DNA of 64,000 bases from a virus (IMGVR_UViG_3300044765_000092:94679-158678); one strand, 5' to 3'; positions 53,917-63,013 are shown, counted from the stretch's first letter. Numbers and translations are program-made. Notes: a model not told the origin generated them from the letters alone.

Positions 53917-54493
53917 CGTCGAGCATCTTGTTGAATTCAGCGTTCCGCTCTTCGCGGGTCTTCCACCGATACTGCGTCTTAGCAGTCTCGACGCCGAGGA
54001 TACGTACCGCCCACTCAGTGGTATCGTTCCACCAGCTGGAGAGCGCGAGGTAGACGAGGAAACCGAGATCCTGGCAACCGTGTTGCTTGGCTGCCAGCTC
54101 GCAGGCTTCCTGCAGGTCGAGCCGGTAGAAACGACTGTAGTCGATACAGCTCGGGTAGACGAATTTCGGGTGTGCTTGTTCCCAGGCCACACGCTCCTTC
54201 TGGTCACGCGCAGTGGCTGCATCGGCCGCTGCGTGGTCGTAAGAGTCCTCGCGGATGATGGTAGCCGTCAGCACGATGTGCGCAGCCCGGAACACCACAT
54301 CATCGTCGTTGGAGGTCTGGCGTTCCAATCGCTCGGTCCACAGACTACGTAGGAACGGCAGGAGCTTGCTTTCGGGCATCGTGCCGGTCTCAGTAATGGG
54401 GCCGTGGAACGAGCCTCCCATAGCGCGCCAGACACCGCGCAGGTAGTCATCGGTCGGGGGCTGGACTTCAATGGGTGTGGTCTTGGTGGTCAT
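53882..54493 (-). CDS. Hypothetical protein
   Basis: GAGGA RBS; ATGA coupling. Confidence 0.7.
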   Translation of the reverse strand: MTTKTTPIEVQPPTDDYLRGVWRAMGGSFHGPITETGTMPESKLLPFLRSLWTERLERQTSNDDDVVFRAAHIVLTATIIREDSYDHAAADAATARDQKERVAWEQAHPKFVYPSCIDYSRFYRLDLQEACELAAKQHGCQDLGFLVYLALSSWWNDTTEWAVRILGVETAKTQYRWKTREERNAEFNKMLDDAEAEAKVSKR

Positions 54494-54921
54494 GATTTCC
54501 TCACATGAGGACTACGGGTAGAACGAGTGAAAGCCGGAACGAGAACTGATACGTAGAGGCGAGTGCCCGTCGCATCAGGCGTCATTCGGACTTCCTTGGT
54601 GGAAAAGGCTGAAGGATCGGTGGCAGGTCCGTGCTCGAATCTGCTAGGTTCCAACTGTGTGAACCCCATGTGGACTAACGCACGCGCGATCAGTTCGCTG
54701 GACTCCACGGGAAACGTGAGCTTGCCTTTGGTTGCCTCGCTCATCTGTTTGCCGGTGTACGAGAACTGTGGAACGTGGAGGTACGGTTTGTTGGTCTCGC
54801 GGTCCAGATGAAGCGTTGGCACGAACAGCTTTCCATCGAAACTCAGCTTCTCGGTCAGAATGCGCAGCAACACAAGCAGGTCTTGCTTCAAGCTCATGTT
54901 GTCAATGACGACAAAGCACAT
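54490..54921 (-). CDS. Hypothetical protein
   Basis: AAGGAG RBS. Confidence 0.65.
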   Translation of the reverse strand: MCFVVIDNMSLKQDLLVLLRILTEKLSFDGKLFVPTLHLDRETNKPYLHVPQFSYTGKQMSEATKGKLTFPVESSELIARALVHMGFTQLEPSRFEHGPATDPSAFSTKEVRMTPDATGTRLYVSVLVPAFTRSTRSPHVRKS

Positions 54922-54922
54922 G

Positions 54923-55765
54923 TCACTTCTCCTTCTTGGGCGTGATGCCCGCTGCTACGAACGAAAGCTCTTTGAACACGTCAGCAGACTGCGCATTCTG
55001 CCGGGCACGAAACCCGAGCTGCTGCCGTTTGCCCTGCACCTTCTCGCGTTTGTGCTGGATCTCGTCCTCGGACAGGATGAGGGCTTCGTGCTCCACGGAC
55101 TCAACGTGACGCCCAACCCGCTTGGACCGAGCGCGTAGGGCCACCGTCTCTTTGAAGTGCCCCTTGCGCAGAGGCGCATGCAATTGCTGAAGGGCCTTGC
55201 TGTAGAGGTCCTTCTTGATGACGTTAGCGGTCTGGCAGATGGTCGCCTGCTTCTTGCAGGTAAAGTCGACCAGCCACTGGAGCACCGAACGGGCTTCCCA
55301 CTTAGGCGCAGGCAGTTCGTACTCGTTGCGAAACTTGATGGCCTCCTTGGAGGGCTTGCTGGTCAAGCACTTGAGACGGGCTTTGCGCTCGTCTACGACC
55401 TTGACCTCGAGACCGAGTTCGCGGAACCACTTGTTGAGGTCCTCTTCACGACCGATGTTGTACAGGAGCCGAAAGGCTTGCGCTGCACGTTTGCCCAAGA
55501 CTTCGGCCTTGGGTCTTGACGATGGGAGTGGATAGCCGCCCTGATAGTAGACCATGTCGGAGAGCAGCTTCATGTTCGCAGCCCGTTCGCCGAACGTGGC
55601 CTTGAACACCTTGTACGCGGCCCGGAACTCGGGCCATAGGGTTTCGTCGAGATGGAGGCGGAGATCCGCACCCTGCTCCAGCAGTTCCTCGACGTCAGCG
55701 ACGGGGACGTGGTTCTCAGGTGGGTCGGCCTCAAGTTGAGTAGGGGTCTTGGCTTTACGCGCCAT
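54923..55765 (-). CDS. Hypothetical basic protein
   Basis: AAAGG RBS; 280 aa. Confidence 0.75.
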   Translation of the reverse strand: MARKAKTPTQLEADPPENHVPVADVEELLEQGADLRLHLDETLWPEFRAAYKVFKATFGERAANMKLLSDMVYYQGGYPLPSSRPKAEVLGKRAAQAFRLLYNIGREEDLNKWFRELGLEVKVVDERKARLKCLTSKPSKEAIKFRNEYELPAPKWEARSVLQWLVDFTCKKQATICQTANVIKKDLYSKALQQLHAPLRKGHFKETVALRARSKRVGRHVESVEHEALILSEDEIQHKREKVQGKRQQLGFRARQNAQSADVFKELSFVAAGITPKKEK

Positions 55766-55875
55766 GATGGTGTGACCTTTGTGTGCAAAAGGGAACGGGC
55801 ATGCCCACCATAGACACGCCCGCCCTTACCCATATTTTACAGCCTAGACTTTGGCCTGGGTATTAGGGCTTACCC

Positions 55876-56511
55876 TTACGTGGATGCGGCCTCGGTGCCC
55901 GGCACCGGCGCCGTGGGCAGCGGCGTGTTGAACGCGATGTCGAGCACGGCATGAGCGATCTCGAGCATCTGCGTGCGTTGCGGGTGGAGAGCCAGATAGC
56001 GGCGGCAGAACTCGTCGGTGTCACCGCACACGAACTCGTCGCGTTCCTCGCCGGTCATGCACCCGATGATCAGATTCGCAGTCGAAAGCCAGTGCGGGCT
56101 CACTTGAGAGGTCAGCACACTGAACCAGTGTGCTACCAGCTGATCGATGGTCGGACCACCTTGATGACACATCCCGTTGTCAAACGCCATGTCGACCAGG
56201 GCTCCACGCAGATTCGCGAACTCGTGCTCGTAGTCGCCGTGGAGGTTGACGAGGCACAGATTGTGGTTCGGCACTTTGCCGTCCAGCGGGTAGGCGACCA
56301 TGAACTCGCTGTGACCGGCGTCCGATCGCATGTCTGGGTTTACTTCGACCGCGACGATCATGGGGTTCGGTGCCATGTCGACGAAGCCGAGCAGTCGGGC
56401 GTGACGGCCGTCCTTGGTGCGGAACGGCAGCATGTGGGTGAACTTGCCGTCGAGACCGGGGGCCGGGGATTCTTGGACCGGGGTCTGGTCCGTGGTTTGG
56501 TCTTGGTTCAT
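55876..56511 (-). CDS. Hypothetical protein
   Basis: Start MNQDQTT with GAGGAG RBS. Confidence 0.7.
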   Translation of the reverse strand: MNQDQTTDQTPVQESPAPGLDGKFTHMLPFRTKDGRHARLLGFVDMAPNPMIVAVEVNPDMRSDAGHSEFMVAYPLDGKVPNHNLCLVNLHGDYEHEFANLRGALVDMAFDNGMCHQGGPTIDQLVAHWFSVLTSQVSPHWLSTANLIIGCMTGEERDEFVCGDTDEFCRRYLALHPQRTQMLEIAHAVLDIAFNTPLPTAPVPGTEAAST

Positions 56512-56542
56512 GTGGTTCTCCTCGGAGTTGAACGGGTGTTGA

Positions 56543-56920
56543 TCAGTTGGTGTAGCGGTTGAAGGAAAGGACCGTGTGCGGCGTGTGAACACGTCCGGCG
56601 ATCTGAATCCCCTCCAACGTTGGAACGCTGAACGAGGTGAGAATCGCCACATCGCGCCGGATCGCGTAGCCCGTGATGTTGTCGCGAGTGGTGATCAGGG
56701 TCGGACCATACATCAGGTCCGCGACGTTGAAGCGGTTCAGGATTTCAGCGTCCGGGTGACCAGGCACCAGCGCGTAGAACTTGCGCCGGTGTTTGAGGAT
56801 TTCGGTGACCGAGACCGCGAGGTCGAAGGTGCCGACGACGATGAACATCGGGACGATGGCCCATCGAGCAGCGGCTTCCAGCACCTGGATGATCTTGTTG
56901 TCTTGTTCGAGATTGATCAT
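56543..56920 (-). CDS. Hypothetical single-TM protein
   Basis: Hydrophobic segment WAIVPMFIVVGTFDLAVSV. Confidence 0.65.
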   Translation of the reverse strand: MINLEQDNKIIQVLEAAARWAIVPMFIVVGTFDLAVSVTEILKHRRKFYALVPGHPDAEILNRFNVADLMYGPTLITTRDNITGYAIRRDVAILTSFSVPTLEGIQIAGRVHTPHTVLSFNRYTN

Positions 56921-57126
56921 CAACCTTCTCCATGCTCTGAAGAGCAAAAGAAACTGGTGAGAAAGCCGAAGTCATCCATTACCCAACGGATGTGTTCGTA
57001 GCGCTCAATGGAACGCCAGTGCCGGCGATCTTCCGTTCGCACCAGGGTAGCGCCCGCGTACCGGGTGTAGCCTTGGCCGGGAGGCGGCTGGTAGGCCTCC
57101 AAGTAGTCGAAAGGTTGCTCTGGCAT
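56920..57126 (-). CDS. Small hypothetical protein
   Basis: GGAGG RBS. Confidence 0.6.
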   Translation of the reverse strand: MPEQPFDYLEAYQPPPGQGYTRYAGATLVRTEDRRHWRSIERYEHIRWVMDDFGFLTSFFCSSEHGEG

Positions 57127-57139
57127 AGGGCCCTCCGGA

Positions 57140-57343
57140 TCAGTTGCGCTGAACGTATGTGTTCAGCAGTTCGGGTATGTTGTTGGTGCCCTGTCGTGTG
57201 ATCTCCTGTTCTTCACGTTCACCACATGGTTCGCACAGGAGATATTGCACAGGCGAATACAGGGCCGATTCGTATTCGGTGGCTGGAAAGCGGATGGTGG
57301 TGCCGCACGCGCAGCAGCGAGTCACCGGGTTCGTTGTGTACAT
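57140..57343 (-). CDS. Small zinc-finger protein
   Basis: MYTTNPVTRCCACG...CEPCG. Confidence 0.6.
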   Translation of the reverse strand: MYTTNPVTRCCACGTTIRFPATEYESALYSPVQYLLCEPCGEREEQEITRQGTNNIPELLNTYVQRN

Positions 57344-57351
57344 GCTGCCCC

Positions 57352-57648
57352 CTACCCGAGAAGACCAGTGATGGGCGTGATGCGGACGCGCAGATGCTTG
57401 CTCGTGCGCTGACACTTCTTGTACTGCGCGGCCGTCAAGTATTTCTTGGCCACAGACGACAGGAAGGCCGTGTGCTTCTGTTCGAAGATCGTGGCCTTGT
57501 TCTCGAGACCGATCACGGTCTTGCCCTTGAACTTCTTGAACTTCTTGATCAGCCGTTCCTCCTCCTCGGCGAGGGCCTTCTTGTCCTCTTGGATTTCGAC
57601 CCAACGCTCGACGTCGAGCTGAATCTGTGAGGGAATGAATTTGGGCAT
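57352..57648 (-). CDS. Small basic coiled-coil protein
   Basis: AGGAG RBS. Confidence 0.75.
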   Translation of the reverse strand: MPKFIPSQIQLDVERWVEIQEDKKALAEEEERLIKKFKKFKGKTVIGLENKATIFEQKHTAFLSSVAKKYLTAAQYKKCQRTSKHLRVRITPITGLLG

Positions 57649-57660
57649 GATGTGCTGCTC

Positions 57661-57774
57661 CTAGAACAGGATGTAGAAGAAAACGACGACGCCGATAATG
57701 CGGGACCTGCAGATCCAGCCGATCAGCAAAGCCCAGAACAGCGCCGCCACCATGCGATCGATTGGATGGAACAT
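57661..57774 (-). CDS. Small membrane peptide (37 aa)
   Basis: Hand translation: MFHPIDRMVAALFWALLIGWICRSRIIGVVVFFYILF*. Confidence 0.5.
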   Translation of the reverse strand: MFHPIDRMVAALFWALLIGWICRSRIIGVVVFFYILF

Positions 57775-57786
57775 GGTTCGCTGGTC

Positions 57787-57915
57787 CTAGTTGTGCTTGA
57801 CCGCCAGAATGTGGGACATCAGGTCGGGTGCCACGTTCACCAGAACGGAGACCACAAAGGCCACCAGAACGATGCCGGCGATCAGGACGATGGTGAAGCC
57901 ACGATTGTTGTCCAT
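57787..57915 (-). CDS. Small membrane peptide (42 aa)
   Basis: Hand translation: MDNNRGFTIVLIAGIVLVAFVVSVLVNVAPDLMSHILAVKHN*; AGGAG RBS. Confidence 0.6.
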   Translation of the reverse strand: MDNNRGFTIVLIAGIVLVAFVVSVLVNVAPDLMSHILAVKHN

Positions 57916-57921
57916 GATCGA

Positions 57922-58266
57922 TCACTCCTGGTAAGTGAAGCAGAATTCGTAGTAGGTGCTGCGCTCGTCGCCGCCCGCTTCCTTGAAGAGGACGAACTTA
58001 GCACCATGCACCTGCGCGACGTGCGAAGCCAGGGCGAACAGACGTTGGCCCAACGACACCGGCACCATGCAGAATTCGGCCACCGACTCGTCGTTGGCCT
58101 TGTCGAAGTCGATCTCGATGTAGACGCTGATGGTGGTCTCGTCGATCGGGCAATCGTCCATCACGGTGCAGGCACCGAGATATTGCGGATTGGTGGACAG
58201 CGTCTCGCGCAGCATGTTGTAGATGGCGCCGGCAGCGGTCTTGCGTAGGTCGATGGTGGTGTTCAT
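57922..58266 (-). CDS. Hypothetical protein
   Basis: Start MNTTIDL with AAAGG RBS. Confidence 0.7.
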   Translation of the reverse strand: MNTTIDLRKTAAGAIYNMLRETLSTNPQYLGACTVMDDCPIDETTISVYIEIDFDKANDESVAEFCMVPVSLGQRLFALASHVAQVHGAKFVLFKEAGGDERSTYYEFCFTYQE

Positions 58267-58347
58267 GGCAGTGTGCCTTTGCAGTTGGGTAGGTGGGTAG
58301 CTGAGTTGTAACAAAATGTTACGGAGGGTGCGGGCTGGCCGCAGCCC

Positions 58348-58376
58348 ATTATAGCACGGAATTTGTGGTCGTGCAA
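58348..58376 (-). promoter_or_regulatory. Sigma70-type (early) promoter
   Basis: TTGCAC-17 nt-TATAAT with an extended -10 (TGC). Confidence 0.8.
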
Positions 58377-58390
58377 CCAGTAGGTGAAAC

Positions 58391-58633
58391 CTAGTGGTTC
58401 CAGCCCGTGCCCGGCAAGATCGGGCAGTGCAGATCGGCTTGGCCGACCAGAAAGTACACCCCGAGCATGATGCACTTGTTCTTGACTCCTGCATGAACTT
58501 TCCCGTGCCGCTCGACAAACACCACTTCGTCACCGGGCCGCACGTACAGTGAGTCACGACAGTTCTGCTCCCATTGTTCGCGGCTGATGGGTGTTTGGCG
58601 CCACGCCATTCGGTCGGATGGACTCATTGCCAT
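58391..58633 (-). CDS. Small hypothetical protein
   Basis: GAGGAG RBS. Confidence 0.55.
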   Translation of the reverse strand: MAMSPSDRMAWRQTPISREQWEQNCRDSLYVRPGDEVVFVERHGKVHAGVKNKCIMLGVYFLVGQADLHCPILPGTGWNH

Positions 58634-58827
58634 GCTCCTCGATCGTAAAAGCCATCGAAATACGCCTTGTACTCCGGACTGCCTTTGACGTAGTCCTTGG
58701 GGTCATCGGCACTGCGTTGACTGTGCCCTTCCTCGTAGGCTTGGGCTTCGGCGCGTGTCGCGTACACGCGACTCTTGCGCCCACACTGAGGATGGAACAC
58801 CTGGCTGAGTGGTTCGGTTGAGTTCAT
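58624..58827 (-). CDS. Small hypothetical protein
   Basis: Start MNSTEP with GGAG RBS. Confidence 0.65.
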   Translation of the reverse strand: MNSTEPLSQVFHPQCGRKSRVYATRAEAQAYEEGHSQRSADDPKDYVKGSPEYKAYFDGFYDRGAWQ

Positions 58828-58882
58828 GTACTGCTCTCCAATGTGGAACTGGAACTGTAACTGGGACCGGGACTGGGACGGG

Positions 58883-60016
58883 TCAGACCACGACGTTGTG
58901 TGTGCGCTGAGCGATCTCGCGAAGCACAGCCGACTGGCTGCCATCAACCGGGATCACTTCCGGGTAATAGGGCTTGAGCAGCTTCACGCCGTTCTGCGCC
59001 CATCGAGTGAGGACCAACACCAGATCGAACTTGCCGAGGTGGTCGAGACCGTGCGTCTGCTTCGACACCACGATCTCGGCGTTGGGGCAACGACGCTGGT
59101 ATTCAACCAGATGACTGTCCAAAGCGCCGTAGATCAGGATGCGAGGGCGTGCCTTGTTGTGGCTTTGCGGGTGTTGACTCTGTTGGTGTTCCAGCATCTG
59201 GGCCTTGTCCTCGGGTGTTGCCGAGGGCCCGGTCCAGAACTCGAACAGCTCCTTGCGGTGATGGTCGAGCATCGCCGCCACTCGCTTCTCGCTGGCTTCC
59301 AGCATCGAACCGATGCGCTCCAACAACGTCACGTGAGCGGTCGACAGTTCGTGCTGCACGATGTGCTTGACCACCAGATCGATAGTGGTCTTGGCCCCTT
59401 CGACCTTGAACGCAGCAAGCGGATCCTCGATCTCGACCGGCTTAGGTGCCGGAACCTTGATGGCAGGCGGCAGGTTGTGGACCGCGCGCTGAGTCGGGAA
59501 CGAATAGTCAACCTTGGCTGGGACCTTTGGTGTCGGGGGCACGACTGCTACTGGCGCGGGCTCGGATTCCGACTTGGTCCCGAACATTCCACCGGCGGCA
59601 CGCACAGCGGACGGAAGTTTGATCGCTGCTTTGACGGTCCCCGACGGGGCTGCCTTTGACGTGGTCGTTGTCGACGCCGCCTGTGCTGCGGCCAGCGCCT
59701 CGACTTCGGCTGTCGTCTCGGCGATAGCGTTCATCACCTCGCTCGACGGGATGGTCTTGATCAGCTCGATCAGAGAGTGATGCATGTGATGGATGGAGCA
59801 CGGATTGTTGACCCGACGGCGCCGGTCCGCGTTGAGGACGAGCATGGCAGCTTCGAGCTCGACCTTGCGCCGAGACTTGCTGCCCTCGAATGCGTTGGAT
59901 GCGAGAACTACGCTGTAGCGCAGCGCCACCGATCGCCACTCGTTGGGCTTCCAGATGACACGACCATCGGTCGTCGATTGGGGGTTGTTGGGCATCAAGG
60001 TCTGTGCATTGTTCAT
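58883..60016 (-). CDS. Hypothetical protein with a P/A-rich linker
   Basis: 377 aa; GAGGA RBS; C-terminal Rossmann-like RILIYGAL...FDLVLVLTRW. Confidence 0.75.
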   Translation of the reverse strand: MNNAQTLMPNNPQSTTDGRVIWKPNEWRSVALRYSVVLASNAFEGSKSRRKVELEAAMLVLNADRRRRVNNPCSIHHMHHSLIELIKTIPSSEVMNAIAETTAEVEALAAAQAASTTTTSKAAPSGTVKAAIKLPSAVRAAGGMFGTKSESEPAPVAVVPPTPKVPAKVDYSFPTQRAVHNLPPAIKVPAPKPVEIEDPLAAFKVEGAKTTIDLVVKHIVQHELSTAHVTLLERIGSMLEASEKRVAAMLDHHRKELFEFWTGPSATPEDKAQMLEHQQSQHPQSHNKARPRILIYGALDSHLVEYQRRCPNAEIVVSKQTHGLDHLGKFDLVLVLTRWAQNGVKLLKPYYPEVIPVDGSQSAVLREIAQRTHNVVV

Positions 60017-60102
60017 GGTATATGCGTCCTCGGGCGTAGTGTGGTGAGTTAAAGGTTAGGCTGAGTTTGCCGGGCCGGCCCTAGAGCGAGCCCGCGCGCC
60101 CT

Positions 60103-60131
60103 ATTGTACCACGGATCTGGCCCGGGCGCAA
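60103..60131 (-). promoter_or_regulatory. Sigma70-type (early) promoter
   Basis: TTGCGC-17 nt-TACAAT with an extended -10 (TGG). Confidence 0.7.
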
Positions 60132-60163
60132 TGGGTGCGGGCGCGCACGCACTAGGGTTTACC

Positions 60164-60619
60164 CTAAGTGGCTGAGAAATTGAAAACACCGTGCTGATCG
60201 AGCACGTACAAGATTCGTTGGACCATCGCAGCATATCGCGGGTCTGACTTTGCACCCTGACTCAGGCGCACGAGCGTGGCTAGCCTGAGACACAGGATCC
60301 ACATACGTGGGGACGGCACTTCAGAGTACATGAACATGTGAATCGCCGTCAACACACCAGTCGCCAATACGGTGAACCATAGGGCAGGGTGCGGTGAAGC
60401 ACACACATAGATCAAAAGTGCAATACCCAACAACCACTTGAGCATCCAGATCGTGCCATCGCAGATAGTGCGCAACACGAACTGACCTAGCACGTACCAC
60501 AACTGTTCCAGTTCTGGGCTCATCTGTAGCTCGTGTAGCGGACTCTCCAAGTCCACGAGGTTCGGATGTAGCTCGCCTTCGTGATCGGGTACGAGCTCAG
60601 TGCAAGGTTCAACTATCAC
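60164..60619 (-). CDS. Membrane protein
   Basis: Two to three hydrophobic helices. Confidence 0.65.
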   Translation of the reverse strand: MIVEPCTELVPDHEGELHPNLVDLESPLHELQMSPELEQLWYVLGQFVLRTICDGTIWMLKWLLGIALLIYVCASPHPALWFTVLATGVLTAIHMFMYSEVPSPRMWILCLRLATLVRLSQGAKSDPRYAAMVQRILYVLDQHGVFNFSAT

Positions 60620-60857
60620 GATCTAACCCTCGGTTCTTGCGGTCCTTCCACGTACGATGCAGCTTGTAGGCTTCGAGCCACATCTGGTGTTCGCGGATAG
60701 CCGCCTCGTTTGGCGGCTCGAGACCGTTGGTTTCGTCATACAAGATATTCGCCACATGGATAAGAACTACGCTCGGCACATCGGGCCGGAGCTTGTGCAG
60801 CGTCAGCGCACACATATTCTTCCAGGCTGAGGCGCGTAAAGGAGTACTCGTGTTCAT
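60609..60857 (-). CDS. Small hypothetical protein
   Basis: GGAG RBS. Confidence 0.6.
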   Translation of the reverse strand: MNTSTPLRASAWKNMCALTLHKLRPDVPSVVLIHVANILYDETNGLEPPNEAAIREHQMWLEAYKLHRTWKDRKNRGLDRDS

Positions 60858-60929
60858 TCGCCGTTTCTCCGTTGGCAGTTGACTGGCGCGCACACGGAGA
60901 ACTGCATACGAGCTGGTGTGACTCGCGTG

Positions 60930-61388
60930 TCACCCAGGTAGTCGAATGCCGAGCTCCGTCTTCATCGCGGTCTTTTGCCGCATCTTTGCAAGGTTCACCG
61001 GGTCCTGGGCTTGGAACACCCGATCGCTCATGTATTCCAGAGCAGACCCAGTCAGGGAATCATGCTGCCGAAATGGCAGCGTCGCGGTCAAACACGCGAG
61101 CATGATTCGCACGTCCCGCAGCTCATTAAAGAACTTGTGCGGGTCGGCAAACACCACGTTAGGACTGCGATCGTGTAGGGGGATCGAAACTCCGCTCGGC
61201 TTTGACCACGTATGTTTGACCATGCGTGTGGCAAAGCCGATGACTTCCTCCTCAGTGAACTCTCCGCTTGCGTGAAGCACTTCAAGCGTCTCTTCCAGAA
61301 GGCCGAGCATCTTGTTGGCCTTGGATTCTGGCCACAGGGCTTCGCACATGGTTGCGATAGCAACTTCTACGCTTTGTTCGATGTTCAT
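60930..61388 (-). CDS. Hypothetical protein (possibly MazG-like helical)
   Basis: KMLGLLEETLEV helix; AAGGA RBS. Confidence 0.55.
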   Translation of the reverse strand: MNIEQSVEVAIATMCEALWPESKANKMLGLLEETLEVLHASGEFTEEEVIGFATRMVKHTWSKPSGVSIPLHDRSPNVVFADPHKFFNELRDVRIMLACLTATLPFRQHDSLTGSALEYMSDRVFQAQDPVNLAKMRQKTAMKTELGIRLPG

Positions 61389-61458
61389 TTCGTGATCCTT
61401 TGAGCAACAGAGGTTAGGCGGACAGACCTGTATGGCCCATCCGCGTACCTTAGCTCAT

Positions 61459-62088
61459 TTACCGTTTGCGACGGTTCGGATCAACGCCCGACCGCAGGAT
61501 CAACGCGACGAGTTGGCCGACGGTCAGCACACCAGACCAGTCATCCTGGTTGATGTCAAACTCAAATCCAGTCTGCGTCAAGAGCCGCAGTTCCTCCATG
61601 TCGTGTTCGTCGGCGCCCAGATCGTGGAACGTGGTCATCAGCGTGACCGACACCTTGGAGTCGAGAACTGTTTGGATCAGTTCCTGGACGCGAGCAAGCG
61701 CCACGTTCTGCTTGTCGATCGGGAAATCAGGGTCGAGTATCAGGCTTTGCACCGACTCGTGATTCTCGACCCGTACTTGATTGCGGAACGCAGCGGTCAC
61801 CGTGTAGAACACGATCGGCTCATGCTCGGTAGTGGCCGAGAACTGACCGTTGCCGGTTCGGCTGTCGAACCGCAGCTGAAGGTACTTGGTACGATCGTCC
61901 TCCATCCAGGCTGAGGGGTTGCTGTTACGGAACTCCAGGACGGCCATCACGATCTCGAACGGCAACCACACGGGTGTGGCGGACACCTGAAGTACATCCT
62001 TCACGTATCGGTTTCGCTCTTGCGGACGAAACGTTGTCACGGGATTCATTTCATCTCCTGTCCAGATTCGCATTTCCAATGCCTTCAT
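61459..62088 (-). CDS. Two-domain protein with a C-terminal acyl carrier protein-like domain (DLGADEHD, Ser replaced by Glu)
   Basis: LARVQELIQTVLDSKVSVTLMTTFHDLGADEHDMEEL...FEFDINQDDWSGVLTVGQLVALI aligns along the length of AcpP. Confidence 0.8.
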   Translation of the reverse strand: MKALEMRIWTGDEMNPVTTFRPQERNRYVKDVLQVSATPVWLPFEIVMAVLEFRNSNPSAWMEDDRTKYLQLRFDSRTGNGQFSATTEHEPIVFYTVTAAFRNQVRVENHESVQSLILDPDFPIDKQNVALARVQELIQTVLDSKVSVTLMTTFHDLGADEHDMEELRLLTQTGFEFDINQDDWSGVLTVGQLVALILRSGVDPNRRKR

Positions 62089-62200
62089 GTTGATCTCCCG
62101 GTGGCTGAGAAGCCGCGTTCGCTTCGTCTTGTTGTGGCTACGCGAACACGGTTGTAGCTGAGTTACCGCTCTTTACGATTTGCGAGCAGGACCGTGTTGG

Positions 62201-62464
62201 TCACGGCCTGTTATTGGTCTTGTCCTTCTTGATCCGAGCTTCGCGCTCGAGAATGGCCCTCCACGCTTTTAGCGGTGGCCACAGGATGATGGCGCTGAGG
62301 ACTGCGAACATGATCCACATGATCAGCAATCCTTTGTGAACATTGAACATGGCGATGGCGAACCCCAGAAACAGGAGCATGCCAACCACGTAGAGTACCA
62401 GCGCGACGACCGGCACTCCACCCATGAACACTTGCTTCAACTCTTCTTTGGTGATGATCCGCAT
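62201..62464 (-). CDS. Two-TM membrane protein
   Basis: Hydrophobic helices; GAGGAG RBS. Confidence 0.7.
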   Translation of the reverse strand: MRIITKEELKQVFMGGVPVVALVLYVVGMLLFLGFAIAMFNVHKGLLIMWIMFAVLSAIILWPPLKAWRAILEREARIKKDKTNNRP

Positions 62465-62682
62465 TTCGATCTCCTCTCTTCAAAAGTGTTTATCGTATGA
62501 AAGGCTGAGTATCCAAGAGTGCGGCTCTTTGATCCGATAGGGCAGTTAAGAGTTACAGCCTTGTGGTCCCAACGACTTTTCTTGCAGTGGATGCACTTGG
62601 GGTCTGGCGGTCGAGTGCCAGCCAACAAGTGATCCACCCAGTCTTTGACTGGCCCTTTATGAACCGGAAGTTTTCGCACCAT
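62437..62682 (-). CDS. Small Cys/His zinc-binding protein
   Basis: CIHC...H...C motif. Confidence 0.55.
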   Translation of the reverse strand: MVRKLPVHKGPVKDWVDHLLAGTRPPDPKCIHCKKSRWDHKAVTLNCPIGSKSRTLGYSAFHTINTFEERRSKCGSSPKKS

Positions 62683-62689
62683 GACTGAG

Positions 62690-63013
62690 TCATCCGTAAA
62701 GGATGTCGCCCTTGGAAGTGGGGATCACACCCGACAACCAGCCGAAACTGTCGCCCGAACCACGGCGTACATGAACACCCTGGAGAGCAAGCCACTGGAT
62801 GTTAGCCCAATCACAGTCACCTTTCTCAGTGATGAGCACCGAGTCAGCAAGCATCTGGACCCGCTGGACCAACGGATGAAGTAACGACGGGTCGTACGAC
62901 CCGTCTTCAGCCTTGATGTGATCGGGCACTATCTTGGTGATAGCCGCGCACCGCTCGACGGCTTTGATGGCACGCAACAGATCCTGGGCCGTAGCCGTCT
63001 CTTCCTTGGTCAT
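62690..63013 (-). CDS. Hypothetical protein
   Basis: GGAG RBS; SGDSFGWLSGVI motif. Confidence 0.7.
   Translation of the reverse strand: MTKEETATAQDLLRAIKAVERCAAITKIVPDHIKAEDGSYDPSLLHPLVQRVQMLADSVLITEKGDCDWANIQWLALQGVHVRRGSGDSFGWLSGVIPTSKGDILYG

Noticed and set aside
48265-54921. Search for a JAB/MPN deconjugase or RING E3 near the Ubl cassette
   Set aside because: No HxH-x7-S-x2-D JAMM motif or RING pattern in the flanking ORFs.
62089-62200. Possible alternative hairpins in the leader of the ACP-domain gene
   Set aside because: Stems are short (6-7 bp) and GC-rich, as expected by chance here; no recognisable riboswitch or tRNA pattern.
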